Shown: positions 11,038-19,482 of the stretch, in pieces
Position numbering within the stretch: position 1 is the first letter of the stretch
Layout of the letters: every line of letters begins with the position of its first letter
Assembly: GCA_963749735.1 (NCBI GenBank)
Contig: CAVVNZ010000003.1
Location: 96,300 to 160,299, forward strand
DNA from: an uncultured Chloroflexia bacterium
GTDB taxonomy: Bacteria > Chloroflexota > Limnocylindria > Limnocylindrales > CSP1-4
Length of the DNA stretch: 64,000 bases
Reading direction: 5' to 3'
Position numbers and translations under genes: made by a program
The notes under the pieces: generated by a model
What the model was told of the DNA's origin: nothing
Seen by the model: the letters and a program-made list of their open reading frames with translations, nothing else
Databases searched by the model: none

Positions 11038-11786
11038 CTACGGCAGCGTCCAGAGGTCGATGCAGAACATGCAGCCGGCGCCGCCATTGCTCCGGTTCAC
11101 CCAATCGACGAGCGCGCCGATGTCCTTGTCCTTGCCGACGACGCCGATGTAGATACCCTGCCCGTCCAGCTCACCCGGCATCCGAATGCGAAGGTTGGCG
11201 ACGCCGGCCGCGTCGATGTAGCACCCGATCCGCTGGGCATAGGCGTCGACTCCGGGGATGTCCACGCCTTCTCCGGGCTTCCCGTCCTGGCACGCGTTCC
11301 CGCTGTCGAGCTTGACGCCATTGTCGGCCAGGCGAGCGCGGTAGAGCGGGTTCAGCGACGAGTTCTTCGGGAAGCGATAGAAGCCGACCAGGGAGGCAGG
11401 GCCGGCTGGGGTGCATTCGACGCCGGCGTCGGCGCCGTCGGGCAGCTGCGTCGCCGGGACGCAGGACGGCCGGATCTTCTTGTCGATCCCGGACAGGATG
11501 AAGAGCTGCGCGCCGGTCCAAGCGCTGACCGGCGGCTGGGTCGCCGCGGCGGTCGTCGGGGCCGGCGTCTTCGCGGCGGTGCTCGGCCCAGCGCTGGCGG
11601 CCGCCGACTCGGGCGGTGTCGCCGAGGGCGCGGGCGGGAGCGTCTCGGAGGTGATGACCGGCGATCCGGGACCCGACGCCGTCGAGCTCGTGATCGCGCA
11701 TCCGAGCGAGGAGCCCGACGAGGGTACCGGCGAGGAGCGCGCCACGCGCGACTCGTCTCCGTGGCGTGGCACCGGGAGATTGCATG
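11038..11786 (-). CDS. Putative lipoprotein with a Tat-like signal, frame disruption near 11700
   Basis: ATG at 11786 gives MQSPGATPRRRVARGALLAGTLVGLL. The other frame continues ...LGCAITSS (L-L-G-C lipobox) into a Cys-containing secreted body. Confidence 0.5.
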
Positions 11787-11808
11787 TCCCGAGCATACGC
11801 GCCGCCGA

Positions 11809-13308
11809 TCAGCTCGACGTCGAGTCGAGTGCCTCCGATGTGTCGCGCCAGCGACGCAAGGCGCGGTCGAACACGTCGAGCGCCCCGCCGGAGAAGAGCA
11901 CGAAGTCGATGCGCTCGATGGAGGTCGGAACCGACAGGTGCTCCGCGGCGGTCGCGACCGCGATCGTCGCAGCCGCCTCGATCGGGTAGCCATAGATGCC
12001 GGTGCTGATCGCGGCCGCGGCGACGGTCCGGGCGCCGGCCTCGTTCGCGACCTGGAACGCGGTCCGATACGCCGAGGCGAGGAGCTCCGGCTCCCCGGCC
12101 GCGCCGCCGTGCCAGACCGGGCCGACGGCGTGGACGACCCACCTGGCGGGAAGATCGCCGGCGACCGACAGGACGGCCCCGCCGGTCGGGCAGTGGCGGT
12201 CCCGACCGTAGCGGCGCTCGAGGTCGGCCATGATCGCTCGGCCGCCGGCTCGATGGATCGCGCCGTCGACGCCGCCGCCGCCGACAAGCCCGCTGTTCGC
12301 GGCATTGACCAGCGCGTCGGCGCGGACGCGCGTGATGTCGCCCTGGATCGTGCCGATGACCCGGTCCCCGATCGCGATCTCGCTCACGATCGCATTCTGC
12401 GACCGAAGGATCACAGGCGCAGCGACCGACCGACTACGGTGCCGCGGACCCCCACCGGCGGTCGGGACCGTCTGCCCGGCGATGGCCTGCAGGAGGTGCG
12501 CGGTGTCCGCACCCAGCCCCGCGTCGTATCCAAGCCCGACCGGGCTCCGCCCGAGGATCGTCGCGTACATCACGCACGCGGCGAGGTAGGTGCCGGCCAT
12601 CGTGGGATGGCTGCCGTCGGGTTGCCACAGGTCGATCTGCGGGGCCGTCAGCCGCGCGGTCCGCCAGGCGATGCCGACTGGCGCGACCTGTGCGCCGACG
12701 TCGCTCGCCACCTGATCGTAGCCCTGCTCGAGCGCGGCCTCCATCGTCGCGAAGTCGGGCAGGCCGTCGCCGATCGAGCCGTCGCGATGGGCCCATGTCT
12801 CGAACAGGATCGGCCGCGCGCCGATCGCCCGGATCTTGCCCACGAGCGTCCTCGCCGCCGGCTCCATCCGCTGCATCCGGGCTGCGAGGATCGCCGGGAC
12901 CTGGCTCTGCTCCTGGAGGACCACGACATCCCAGCCCGGCGCGGCCAGCGCGGTCTGTGTCTCCGGGAGGCTGACATGCCCGGCCAGCTCCTCGCCGCCC
13001 GGCGCGACCTTGCCCGTCCCGACGTGCTGCCCGCCGGACGCCGCCAGCTCGGCAAATACATGGGGCAGGTCGTTGACGTCCGTGTAGCTATTGCCGATGA
13101 ACAGCACGCGCTCGCACGACGCGCCCTCGAGCGGCCCACAGCCGCCCGCGACCGACCAGCGCCCGGTCAAGATCAACGCGCCCAGGATCGCGATGACGAC
13201 GAACGCCACCGCCCCGAGCAACGCGAACGGCACGCCAGCGCGCCGGGGTCGCGCGATCGCCATCTCGGTCATGGCGGGAGCGTGGTCGTCCCGCACGCGC
13301 GTCGCCAT
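11809..13308 (-). CDS. Membrane-anchored SGNH/GDSL-type hydrolase fused to a macro (ADP-ribose-binding/O-acetyl-ADP-ribose deacetylase-like) domain
   Basis: Intact 499-aa ORF. An N-terminal TM (VPFALLGAVAFVVIAILGALIL) is followed by VLFIGNSYTD...VVVLQEQSQ. The macro domain reads GDITRVRADALVNAANSGLVGGGGVDGAIHRAGG...ISTGIYGYP. There is no stop or start between the domains. Confidence 0.75.
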   Translation of the reverse strand: MATRVRDDHAPAMTEMAIARPRRAGVPFALLGAVAFVVIAILGALILTGRWSVAGGCGPLEGASCERVLFIGNSYTDVNDLPHVFAELAASGGQHVGTGKVAPGGEELAGHVSLPETQTALAAPGWDVVVLQEQSQVPAILAARMQRMEPAARTLVGKIRAIGARPILFETWAHRDGSIGDGLPDFATMEAALEQGYDQVASDVGAQVAPVGIAWRTARLTAPQIDLWQPDGSHPTMAGTYLAACVMYATILGRSPVGLGYDAGLGADTAHLLQAIAGQTVPTAGGGPRHRSRSVAAPVILRSQNAIVSEIAIGDRVIGTIQGDITRVRADALVNAANSGLVGGGGVDGAIHRAGGRAIMADLERRYGRDRHCPTGGAVLSVAGDLPARWVVHAVGPVWHGGAAGEPELLASAYRTAFQVANEAGARTVAAAAISTGIYGYPIEAAATIAVATAAEHLSVPTSIERIDFVLFSGGALDVFDRALRRWRDTSEALDSTSS

Positions 13309-13415
13309 GGCCCGAACGGCCTAGAGCGGGATGCCGGCCGTTCGACAGCCCGACCGAGACGATTGTCGCGCTGACGCGAGGCGCTCATACTCGCCGCCCT
13401 AGCGGGGGCAGGGAC

Positions 13416-15392
13416 ATGTCGGACGGCGTCGAGGTCGCTCGCGCGGCGGTCGAGCGAAGGGATTGGCTGGCGGCCTACACCGCCTACTCGGCCGTGGATC
13501 CCACGACCCTCGTCGATCCGGACGACGTCGCCGGGCTCGGGGACGCGGCGTGGTGGTGCGGCCATCTGGGCGAGGCGATCGCCCTCCGGGAGCGTGCGTT
13601 CGGGGACTATGTCGCGGCCGGGGCTCCCGTGCGCGCCGCCAACATCGCATTGAACCTGGCGTTCGACCACATCCAGAAGGTTTCCGTCGGGCTCGCTCTC
13701 GGGTGGTATACCCGTGCCCAGGAGCTCCTGGCCGATCAACCTCCCTCGGCCGTCCACGGTCGCTTCGCCGTGTACGCCTCCCATCTCGCGCTGGCGCAAG
13801 GCGATCCTGCCGCGGCTCTCGCCGCCGCCGAGGGAGCGGTCGAACTCGGGCGTCAGACGGGCGACCTCGATGTCCAGGCGGAAGGCCTGACGGCCAACGG
13901 CCGGGCGTTGATCGGCCTGTCGCGGGTCAATGACGGGCTCGGGATGCTCGGTCAAGCCGGCATCGCGGCGATCTCGGGCCAGCTTCAGCCACTGACCACG
14001 AACACCGTGTACTGCATGTCGGTCATGGCCGAGAACGATCTCGGCGAATACCGTCGAGCCGGCGAGCTGTCGGACGCGGCCACCCGCTGGTGCGACCGCC
14101 AGTCGCTGGCCTCCGGCTTTCCCGGGACCTGCCGGATCCATCGTGCCGAGGTGCTTCGGCTCCGTGGCGACTGGCCGCAGGCGGAACGCGAAGCCCGCCG
14201 GGGCGTCGCCGAGCTGCGCGACTTCAACACCGGGGTCGCCGCCGAAGGCTGGTACCAGATCGGCGAGATCCTCCAACAGCGCGGCGAGGCGGACGCCGCC
14301 GAGGAGGCATTCGGAACGGCGCATGAGCTCGGACGCGACCCACAACCGGGCCTGGCCCGCCTCATGGCCGCCCGGGGGCAGGTCGGTGAGGCGCTGGCCG
14401 AGCTGCAGGCGCTCCTCCAGGACCCGATGACGCTCCCGATGCAGCCGATGATCGGCTCGCCGTCGCACCCGCTCCGCCGGGCGAAGATCCTGTATCCCCT
14501 GGTCGACATCGCCCTGGCAGCGGGCGACCCGGAGGCGGCGCGGTCCGCGGCATCGGAGCTGGCCGACATCGCGGCAGCCTGGGATACCGCCGCGATGCGA
14601 GGGATGCGGGCCTACGCTCTGGCGATGACCCAGGCGGGGAGCGTACCGGCCGGCCAGACGCGGAACGACCTCAGGGAGGCCGTCCGGGAGTGGATCGAGG
14701 CCGACAGTCCGTACGAAGCCGCACGAGCGCGGGTCGCGCTGGCCGCGATCCAGCGCGAGATGGGCCAGAACGAGGCGGCGGCGGTCGAGCTCCGGTCGGC
14801 ACGCTCTGTCTTCGAGCGGCTCGGGGCAGAGCCCGACCTCGTCGTCGTCGGGCGGATGCTCGCCGACCGCGAGCGCTCCGGAGCAGCGACCCGCGTCACC
14901 CGGACGTTCATGGTCACCGACATCGTCGGCTCGACGGGACTGCTCGAGGCGATCGGCGACGACGCCTGGGACGACCTCCTGCGCTGGCATCGCCAGGCGG
15001 TCCGGACGCTCCTGGCGCGGCATCAGGGCGAGGAGATCGACCACGCGGGCGACGGCTTCTTCCTGGCCTTCGCCTCGCCGGACCGGGCGATCGCCTGTGC
15101 GATCGATCTGCAACGGGACCTCGCCGAGCATCGCCTCCGGACCGGGTTCGCCCCGCGGGTCCGGGTGGGCATCCACCAGGCCGATGCGGTACGCCAGGAC
15201 AAGGGCTACGCGGGGCGAGGCGTCCATGCCGCCGCCCGGATCGGCGGCCATGCCGCGGGCGACGAGATCCTGGCCAGTGTCGAGACGGTCCGGGCGGCGG
15301 GTCGGGAGTTCGCGGACGCGGATGTCGAGACGGTGGAGCTGAAGGGGCTCGCCCAGCCCGTCGAGGTGGTGCGCATGCGCTGGAGCGGCTGA
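13416..15392 (+). CDS. Class III adenylate/guanylate cyclase with N-terminal TPR-like regulatory domain
   Basis: Intact 658-aa ORF. The C-terminal cyclase core reads TFMVTDIVGSTGLLEAIGDDAWDDLLRWH...HAGDGFFLAFASPDRAIACAIDLQRDL...VRVGIHQADAV...GRGVHAAARIGGHAAGDEILAS. Confidence 0.85.
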   Translation: MSDGVEVARAAVERRDWLAAYTAYSAVDPTTLVDPDDVAGLGDAAWWCGHLGEAIALRERAFGDYVAAGAPVRAANIALNLAFDHIQKVSVGLALGWYTRAQELLADQPPSAVHGRFAVYASHLALAQGDPAAALAAAEGAVELGRQTGDLDVQAEGLTANGRALIGLSRVNDGLGMLGQAGIAAISGQLQPLTTNTVYCMSVMAENDLGEYRRAGELSDAATRWCDRQSLASGFPGTCRIHRAEVLRLRGDWPQAEREARRGVAELRDFNTGVAAEGWYQIGEILQQRGEADAAEEAFGTAHELGRDPQPGLARLMAARGQVGEALAELQALLQDPMTLPMQPMIGSPSHPLRRAKILYPLVDIALAAGDPEAARSAASELADIAAAWDTAAMRGMRAYALAMTQAGSVPAGQTRNDLREAVREWIEADSPYEAARARVALAAIQREMGQNEAAAVELRSARSVFERLGAEPDLVVVGRMLADRERSGAATRVTRTFMVTDIVGSTGLLEAIGDDAWDDLLRWHRQAVRTLLARHQGEEIDHAGDGFFLAFASPDRAIACAIDLQRDLAEHRLRTGFAPRVRVGIHQADAVRQDKGYAGRGVHAAARIGGHAAGDEILASVETVRAAGREFADADVETVELKGLAQPVEVVRMRWSG

Positions 15393-15466
15393 CGCGCCGC
15401 GTTCGCGCTCACGGCCCGGCGTAACGTGCCGCGGGCGACGAGCCGCGGTCGGCGCCGGATACCAGA

Positions 15467-15490
15467 AGACCCCGTCCGAAGACGGGGTCT
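15467..15490. terminator. Bidirectional intrinsic-terminator-like hairpin between convergent genes (AGACCCCGTC cgaa GACGGGGTCT)
   Basis: Perfect 10-bp stem with a 4-nt loop, read from the sequence. It lies between the cyclase 3' end and the csp 3' end. Confidence 0.55.
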
Positions 15491-15522
15491 CGAGTGCTCC
15501 CTGAGGGGGAACGGTGCGTCGA

Positions 15523-15726
15523 CTAGGCGCTCTGGACGTTCAGCGCGCGCGGGCCCTTGGGGCTCTGCTCGATGTCGAACGTGACCTTCTCGCCGCCGAC
15601 CAGACGGTCGAAGTCGAGCGAGGAGTCGAGACCGCCACGATGGAAGAAGTAATCCTTCTCGTCATCGGCGGTGATGAAGCCGAAGCCGCGATCGGCGACG
15701 ACCTTCTTGATGGTACCGGTGGCCAC
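15523..15726 (-). CDS. cspA: Cold-shock protein (CspA family, 67 aa)
   Basis: GTG start at 15726 with a GGAGG Shine-Dalgarno 6 nt upstream. The sequence ATGTIKKVVADRGFGFITADDEKDYFFH matches the CSD RNP motifs. The track ORF extends further 5' only because no stop intervenes. A long 5' UTR is expected. Confidence 0.85.
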   Translation of the reverse strand: MATGTIKKVVADRGFGFITADDEKDYFFHRGGLDSSLDFDRLVGGEKVTFDIEQSPKGPRALNVQSA

Positions 15727-15957
15727 AATGACCTCCACATTTTCCCGAACTGGGAACCGCAGGCGCACGGTCTGTTCGAGAAAGGGGTCGACCACGCGTA
15801 GGCTCGCCAAAGGTTGGCGAGTCACAACCCTAGCACATTCGTTCGAATCCGACCAATCCACGCTCACGGGACGGTATCCGCCCCGGAACGACGACGTGCC
15901 CGGCTCCGCGAGGGACCGGGCACGTTCGACTCGACGGGATCCGGGGATCCCCGCGGA

Positions 15958-16308
15958 TCACATCTCGGTGAGGCCGATCACGTGGCCTTCGGGGTCGGCG
16001 AACAGGGCGATGGCGACGCCGGGGGCCGGGCTGAACTTGGGCATGATCGTCTTCCCGCCGAGCTCACTGGCGCGCGCCAGGGTCGCGTCGACGTCGGACA
16101 CGCCGATGTAGCCGGTGACGTGACCGTTCCCGCCGTCCTGGCTCGGCCCGACACCGACGGTGGCTCCCGTCACGGCCGGGTCCGTCATGCCGTAGGCGGT
16201 CGGGTTGTTCGTATCGAATGACCAGTCGAAGAGCTTGCCGTAGAAGCCCTGGAGGGCCTTCTGGTCCTTGCCGACGACTTCGAACTGGATGAACCGTGCA
16301 CCTGCCAT
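15958..16308 (-). CDS. VOC family (glyoxalase/bleomycin-resistance fold) protein
   Basis: Reading from MAGARFIQFEVVGKDQKALQGFYGKLFDWSF, with the C-terminal sequence GVAIALFADPEGHVIGLTE. Confidence 0.7.
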   Translation of the reverse strand: MAGARFIQFEVVGKDQKALQGFYGKLFDWSFDTNNPTAYGMTDPAVTGATVGVGPSQDGGNGHVTGYIGVSDVDATLARASELGGKTIMPKFSPAPGVAIALFADPEGHVIGLTEM

Positions 16309-16426
16309 CGCTCGAACTCCTTCTCCCGGGTCCCTGGCGCTGGAGGCGATCGCCTCGTCGACCCGACACCCCAACGACGAACGCCGGGGTGCCGAATCGA
16401 CATCGGCTGGGATTTCGACCCGAAGA

Positions 16427-17703
16427 TCAGCGCGTCGGCTGGTCCTCGTGGCGGACGGCCCGGCCCTCGACGCTACGCATCCGGGCCACGTTCGAGCTCC
16501 GGAAGTACATCTCCTTGCGGGACATCTCGGCCATCGGCGCGGCGAGGACCTCGCTCTCGCGGTCGAGCTCGGCGACGATCGCCCGCAGCTCTGAGTCGCG
16601 GCCGGCGTAGTCGCGGATCCGTCGGGCGACCGCGGCGATCACCTCTCGGGCCCCGCGGAAATCACCGGCCCGGTTCCGGGCGGTGGCCTCCTGGCGAGCC
16701 CGCGAGGCGAAGATCCGGGCGACGGCCCGATCGACCTCGCGGTCCCGATGGCTGCTCGTCGTTCTGCGTGGTTGTCGGCGTATTCCCAGCCGAGCTTGGC
16801 CATCGCGCGACCGAGCACGCCCTCCCGGTCCGACACGCCGAGGATCGTCCCCGACGTGTGGCCGATCTCGCCGAACGGGAAGTTGAGCCGCAGGACGACC
16901 TGGAGCCGCTGGTCAGCGACGAGGTCCCCGACGCTGATCGTGGTCCGGCTCCCGCGCGTCTCCGCCGGGAACGGGCTGAGCGGATCGACGATGACGCCGT
17001 CGGCCGCGGTCAGCTCGATGGTCACGTCTCGGGCGACGATCTCGAGGGTCTCCCCCACCTCGCTCGTCACGTGGTCGCGGATTCCGGCCGCGTCCCGGAT
17101 GAAGTAGAAGTGGCCGCCGCCGGCGTCGGCCATCGCCTGGAGCAGCGCCTCGTCGAAGTCCTGGCCGACCCCGAACGTCGTCGTGGTCACGCCGCGGATC
17201 CGGAGCTCGCCGGCGTGCCGCGCCAGCTCTTCCGGGTCGGTCATGCCGACGTTGGCGAGCCCGTCGGTCAGCAGCAGGCAGCGATTGACGCCGTCGGCCG
17301 ACAGTGCGAGGGCGACCTGCTCGCACCCGCGCAGCCAGCCCTCGCCGAGGTTCGTGCTGCCACGCGCCTCGATCTCGCGGAGCCGCGCCAGGGCGGAGCG
17401 GCGGGCGTCGTCCGTGGCGGGCGCCGACGGGAAGACCACGTCGATCTGCTCGTCGTAGACGACGATGCTGAACTGGTCCGTCGGGTGGAGCCGCGCCAGC
17501 GACTCCTCGACGGCGAGCTTGGCGAGCCGCAGCTTCTCGCCGCTCATCGACCCGGAACGGTCGATGACGAAGGCGAGGCGGACCGGAGGACGGGCGTACT
17601 CGCGTCGGGCGGGCGGAGCCGTGATCTCTGCGAGGACGAAGCGATCGCTTCGGTAGGTCGGTCGGATGTAGTGGCGGTCTGGGCGAGCGGTGAAGGTCAT
17701 GAC
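16427..17703 (-). CDS. von Willebrand factor type A (vWA) domain protein, frame disruption near 16660
   Basis: ATG at 17703 (MTFTARPDRHY). The MIDAS motif is VIDRSGSMSG, with TNLGEG and LLLTDGLANVG downstream. The C-terminal ~70 aa continue in track ORF 16427..16642. Confidence 0.7.
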
Positions 17704-18341
17704 GGGTCCCCCTCGAGGAGTTCGCGGGCGATCGCGATCAGGCGATCGACCTGTTTGTTCTGCAGGCGGCTGAGTGGTCGCCGGACATGCAGCTCGATGT
17801 CCGGGGTCAGGGCGACGCGGTCCCACTGGGATCGGTCGGCCCCGACGGCTTGCGGGGGCGGTTTGGGCGGCGGAGTGGGTGGGGTGGAGTCGGGTTCGGC
17901 CGCGTCGAACGCCCGGTCCGTCTCCAGGAAGTCCACCCGGCGAAGCATCAGCGGGGCTGCGCTCGGCGCGGGTCTCGATGCCGGCGGCGAGCCGGCGGGC
18001 TCCCCCCGTGTGGTGCCCGTCGACTTCGCCAGCAGGGTTCGGATGTAGTCGATCGCGGGCTCCTCGGCGACGGCGAGCGGCTCGGAGCCCAGGAGCTCCC
18101 GGACCTGGTCATCGTCGAGCGGTTCGAGCCGCGACCGGATCTCGGCGAGCGGCAGATGCTCGCGCTGGAGCCGCCGAATCAGCCGGAGCCGGTCGAGATG
18201 ACCGTCGGTGTAGCGCGCCGCGGGACCGACTTTGTCGGGTGACGGCAGGAGGCCCTGCGCGATGTAGTAGCGCACGGTTCGCGGGGTGACCCCGACCAGG
18301 TCGGCGAGGTCGGTCAGGCTGTATTCGTTGTCGGTGGGCAT
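17697..18341 (-). CDS. MerR-family transcriptional regulator (214 aa)
   Basis: ATG at 18341 begins MPTDNEYSLTDLADLVGVTPRTVRYYIAQGLLPSP (MerR HTH). The stop lies 1 nt before the vWA start. The upstream part of track ORF 17697..19208 is read-through into another gene's antisense or off-frame sequence. Confidence 0.8.
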   Translation of the reverse strand: MPTDNEYSLTDLADLVGVTPRTVRYYIAQGLLPSPDKVGPAARYTDGHLDRLRLIRRLQREHLPLAEIRSRLEPLDDDQVRELLGSEPLAVAEEPAIDYIRTLLAKSTGTTRGEPAGSPPASRPAPSAAPLMLRRVDFLETDRAFDAAEPDSTPPTPPPKPPPQAVGADRSQWDRVALTPDIELHVRRPLSRLQNKQVDRLIAIARELLEGDPS

Positions 18342-18352
18342 AGGCGTTATTA

Positions 18353-18376
18353 TGACAGTGCAACGTGCCACTGTCA
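18353..18376. promoter_or_regulatory. Candidate MerR operator: perfect palindrome TGACAGTG-N8-CACTGTCA, 12 nt upstream of the MerR start
   Basis: Read from the sequence. MerR regulators typically bind long-spacer dyads in their own promoter. Confidence 0.45.
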
Positions 18377-18433
18377 AGAGTCTGCCGCGTGGAATGTGGC
18401 CTCCGCGGCGTCGGCGACGAATTGCTCCCCTGA

Positions 18434-19260
18434 TCAGGCCTCGATGCGGGGTCGATCCACGGGCGCGAGATTGCGCTCGGGCGCCCAGCGCAGCGCGAGC
18501 CGCCGGTCGGCCCGGTCGAGCTCGATATCGGCGGCGACGACGCCCACCCGGCCGTAGTCGAGGCTCGCGACGAGCGTCCCGTCGGGGGCGATGATCCCGG
18601 TCAGCGAGCCCTGGTCCGGCCCGGCCACGTTCGACGCGGCGACGTAGACCGTGTTCTCGAGCGCGCGGCACATGATCGCCTTCTCGTTGTAGGGGTTCGC
18701 GGCGTCGCACCAGCGCGTCGGCAGCGAGCCGTCGTCGGTCGTCACGTAGTGCGGGATGAAGACGACCTGCGCACCCGACGAGGGCGAGCGACCGGGCGAT
18801 CTCCGGGTAGCGGAACGCCTCGTGGCAGATCGCGATCCCGAAGGTCACGCCTTCGGCCGTGAACACGCGGCGACCGGTCCCGGGCGTGTAATCGGCCTCC
18901 TCGGACGGGTCGATCTGGGTCTTTGCCTGGACCCCGAGCCGCGTGCCGCCCGCGTCGATCACGACCGACACGATCTCGCGGCCCGGCGGTCGTCGGGCCG
19001 CTCGGTCCCGACGATCGCCACGACCCCCGCGCGGGCGGCCGCCTCGGCCACGACGTCCAGGGCGGCCTCGAGCGCCTCCGCCGAACGTCGGGCACGGGCC
19101 GCGCCTGGACCCGATGGCCGGGGATCGCGGTCTCGGGCAGGCACACGATCCGGGCGCCGAGCCGGCCGGCCTCCTCGATCGCGGCGACCGCCGCCGGCAC
19201 GGCGTCATCGATCGTCGCCGTCAGCGGCGTCGAGGCGACCGCGATCCGGATCGTGGACAT
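18434..19260 (-). CDS. Carbon-nitrogen hydrolase (nitrilase superfamily), frameshifted across three frames
   Basis: Track ORF 18742..19260 reads IRIAVAS...RIVCLPETAIPG. ORF 17697..19208 reads GVTFGIAICHEAFRYPE. ORF 18434..18745 reads NPYNEKAIMCRALENTVYVAASNVAG...GVVAADIEL. Confidence 0.65.
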
Positions 19261-19482
19261 GCCGCGAATCTACCGCGCCCCGTACCACCTTCGGGCGGGC
19301 GCGGGACCACCTGCGACACCCGCAGGATCGCCCGGGCGTCGTAGGGTTCACGCGACGGGCCCGCGCGGGCCGGGGAGGAACCACTGGACAACGCCGCTGC
19401 CGCCGAACGGCCTCCGAGCCTGATCCGGCGCGGCTGGACGCTGCTGACGTCGGCGCTCTTCCGCGGCGCGATCGTCCTGTCG

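Noticed and set aside
15836-15864. tRNA-like T-loop sequence (CGTTCGAATCCGACC) upstream of the cold-shock gene
   Set aside because: No acceptor, D or anticodon stems can be built around it. It lies in the expected long 5' UTR of the csp gene on the minus strand.
18342-19208. Apparent N-terminal 290-aa extension of the MerR ORF (503-aa track ORF)
   Set aside because: It is a read-through into a different frame of the nitrilase-family gene. The MerR protein starts at ATG 18341 directly behind its operator palindrome.
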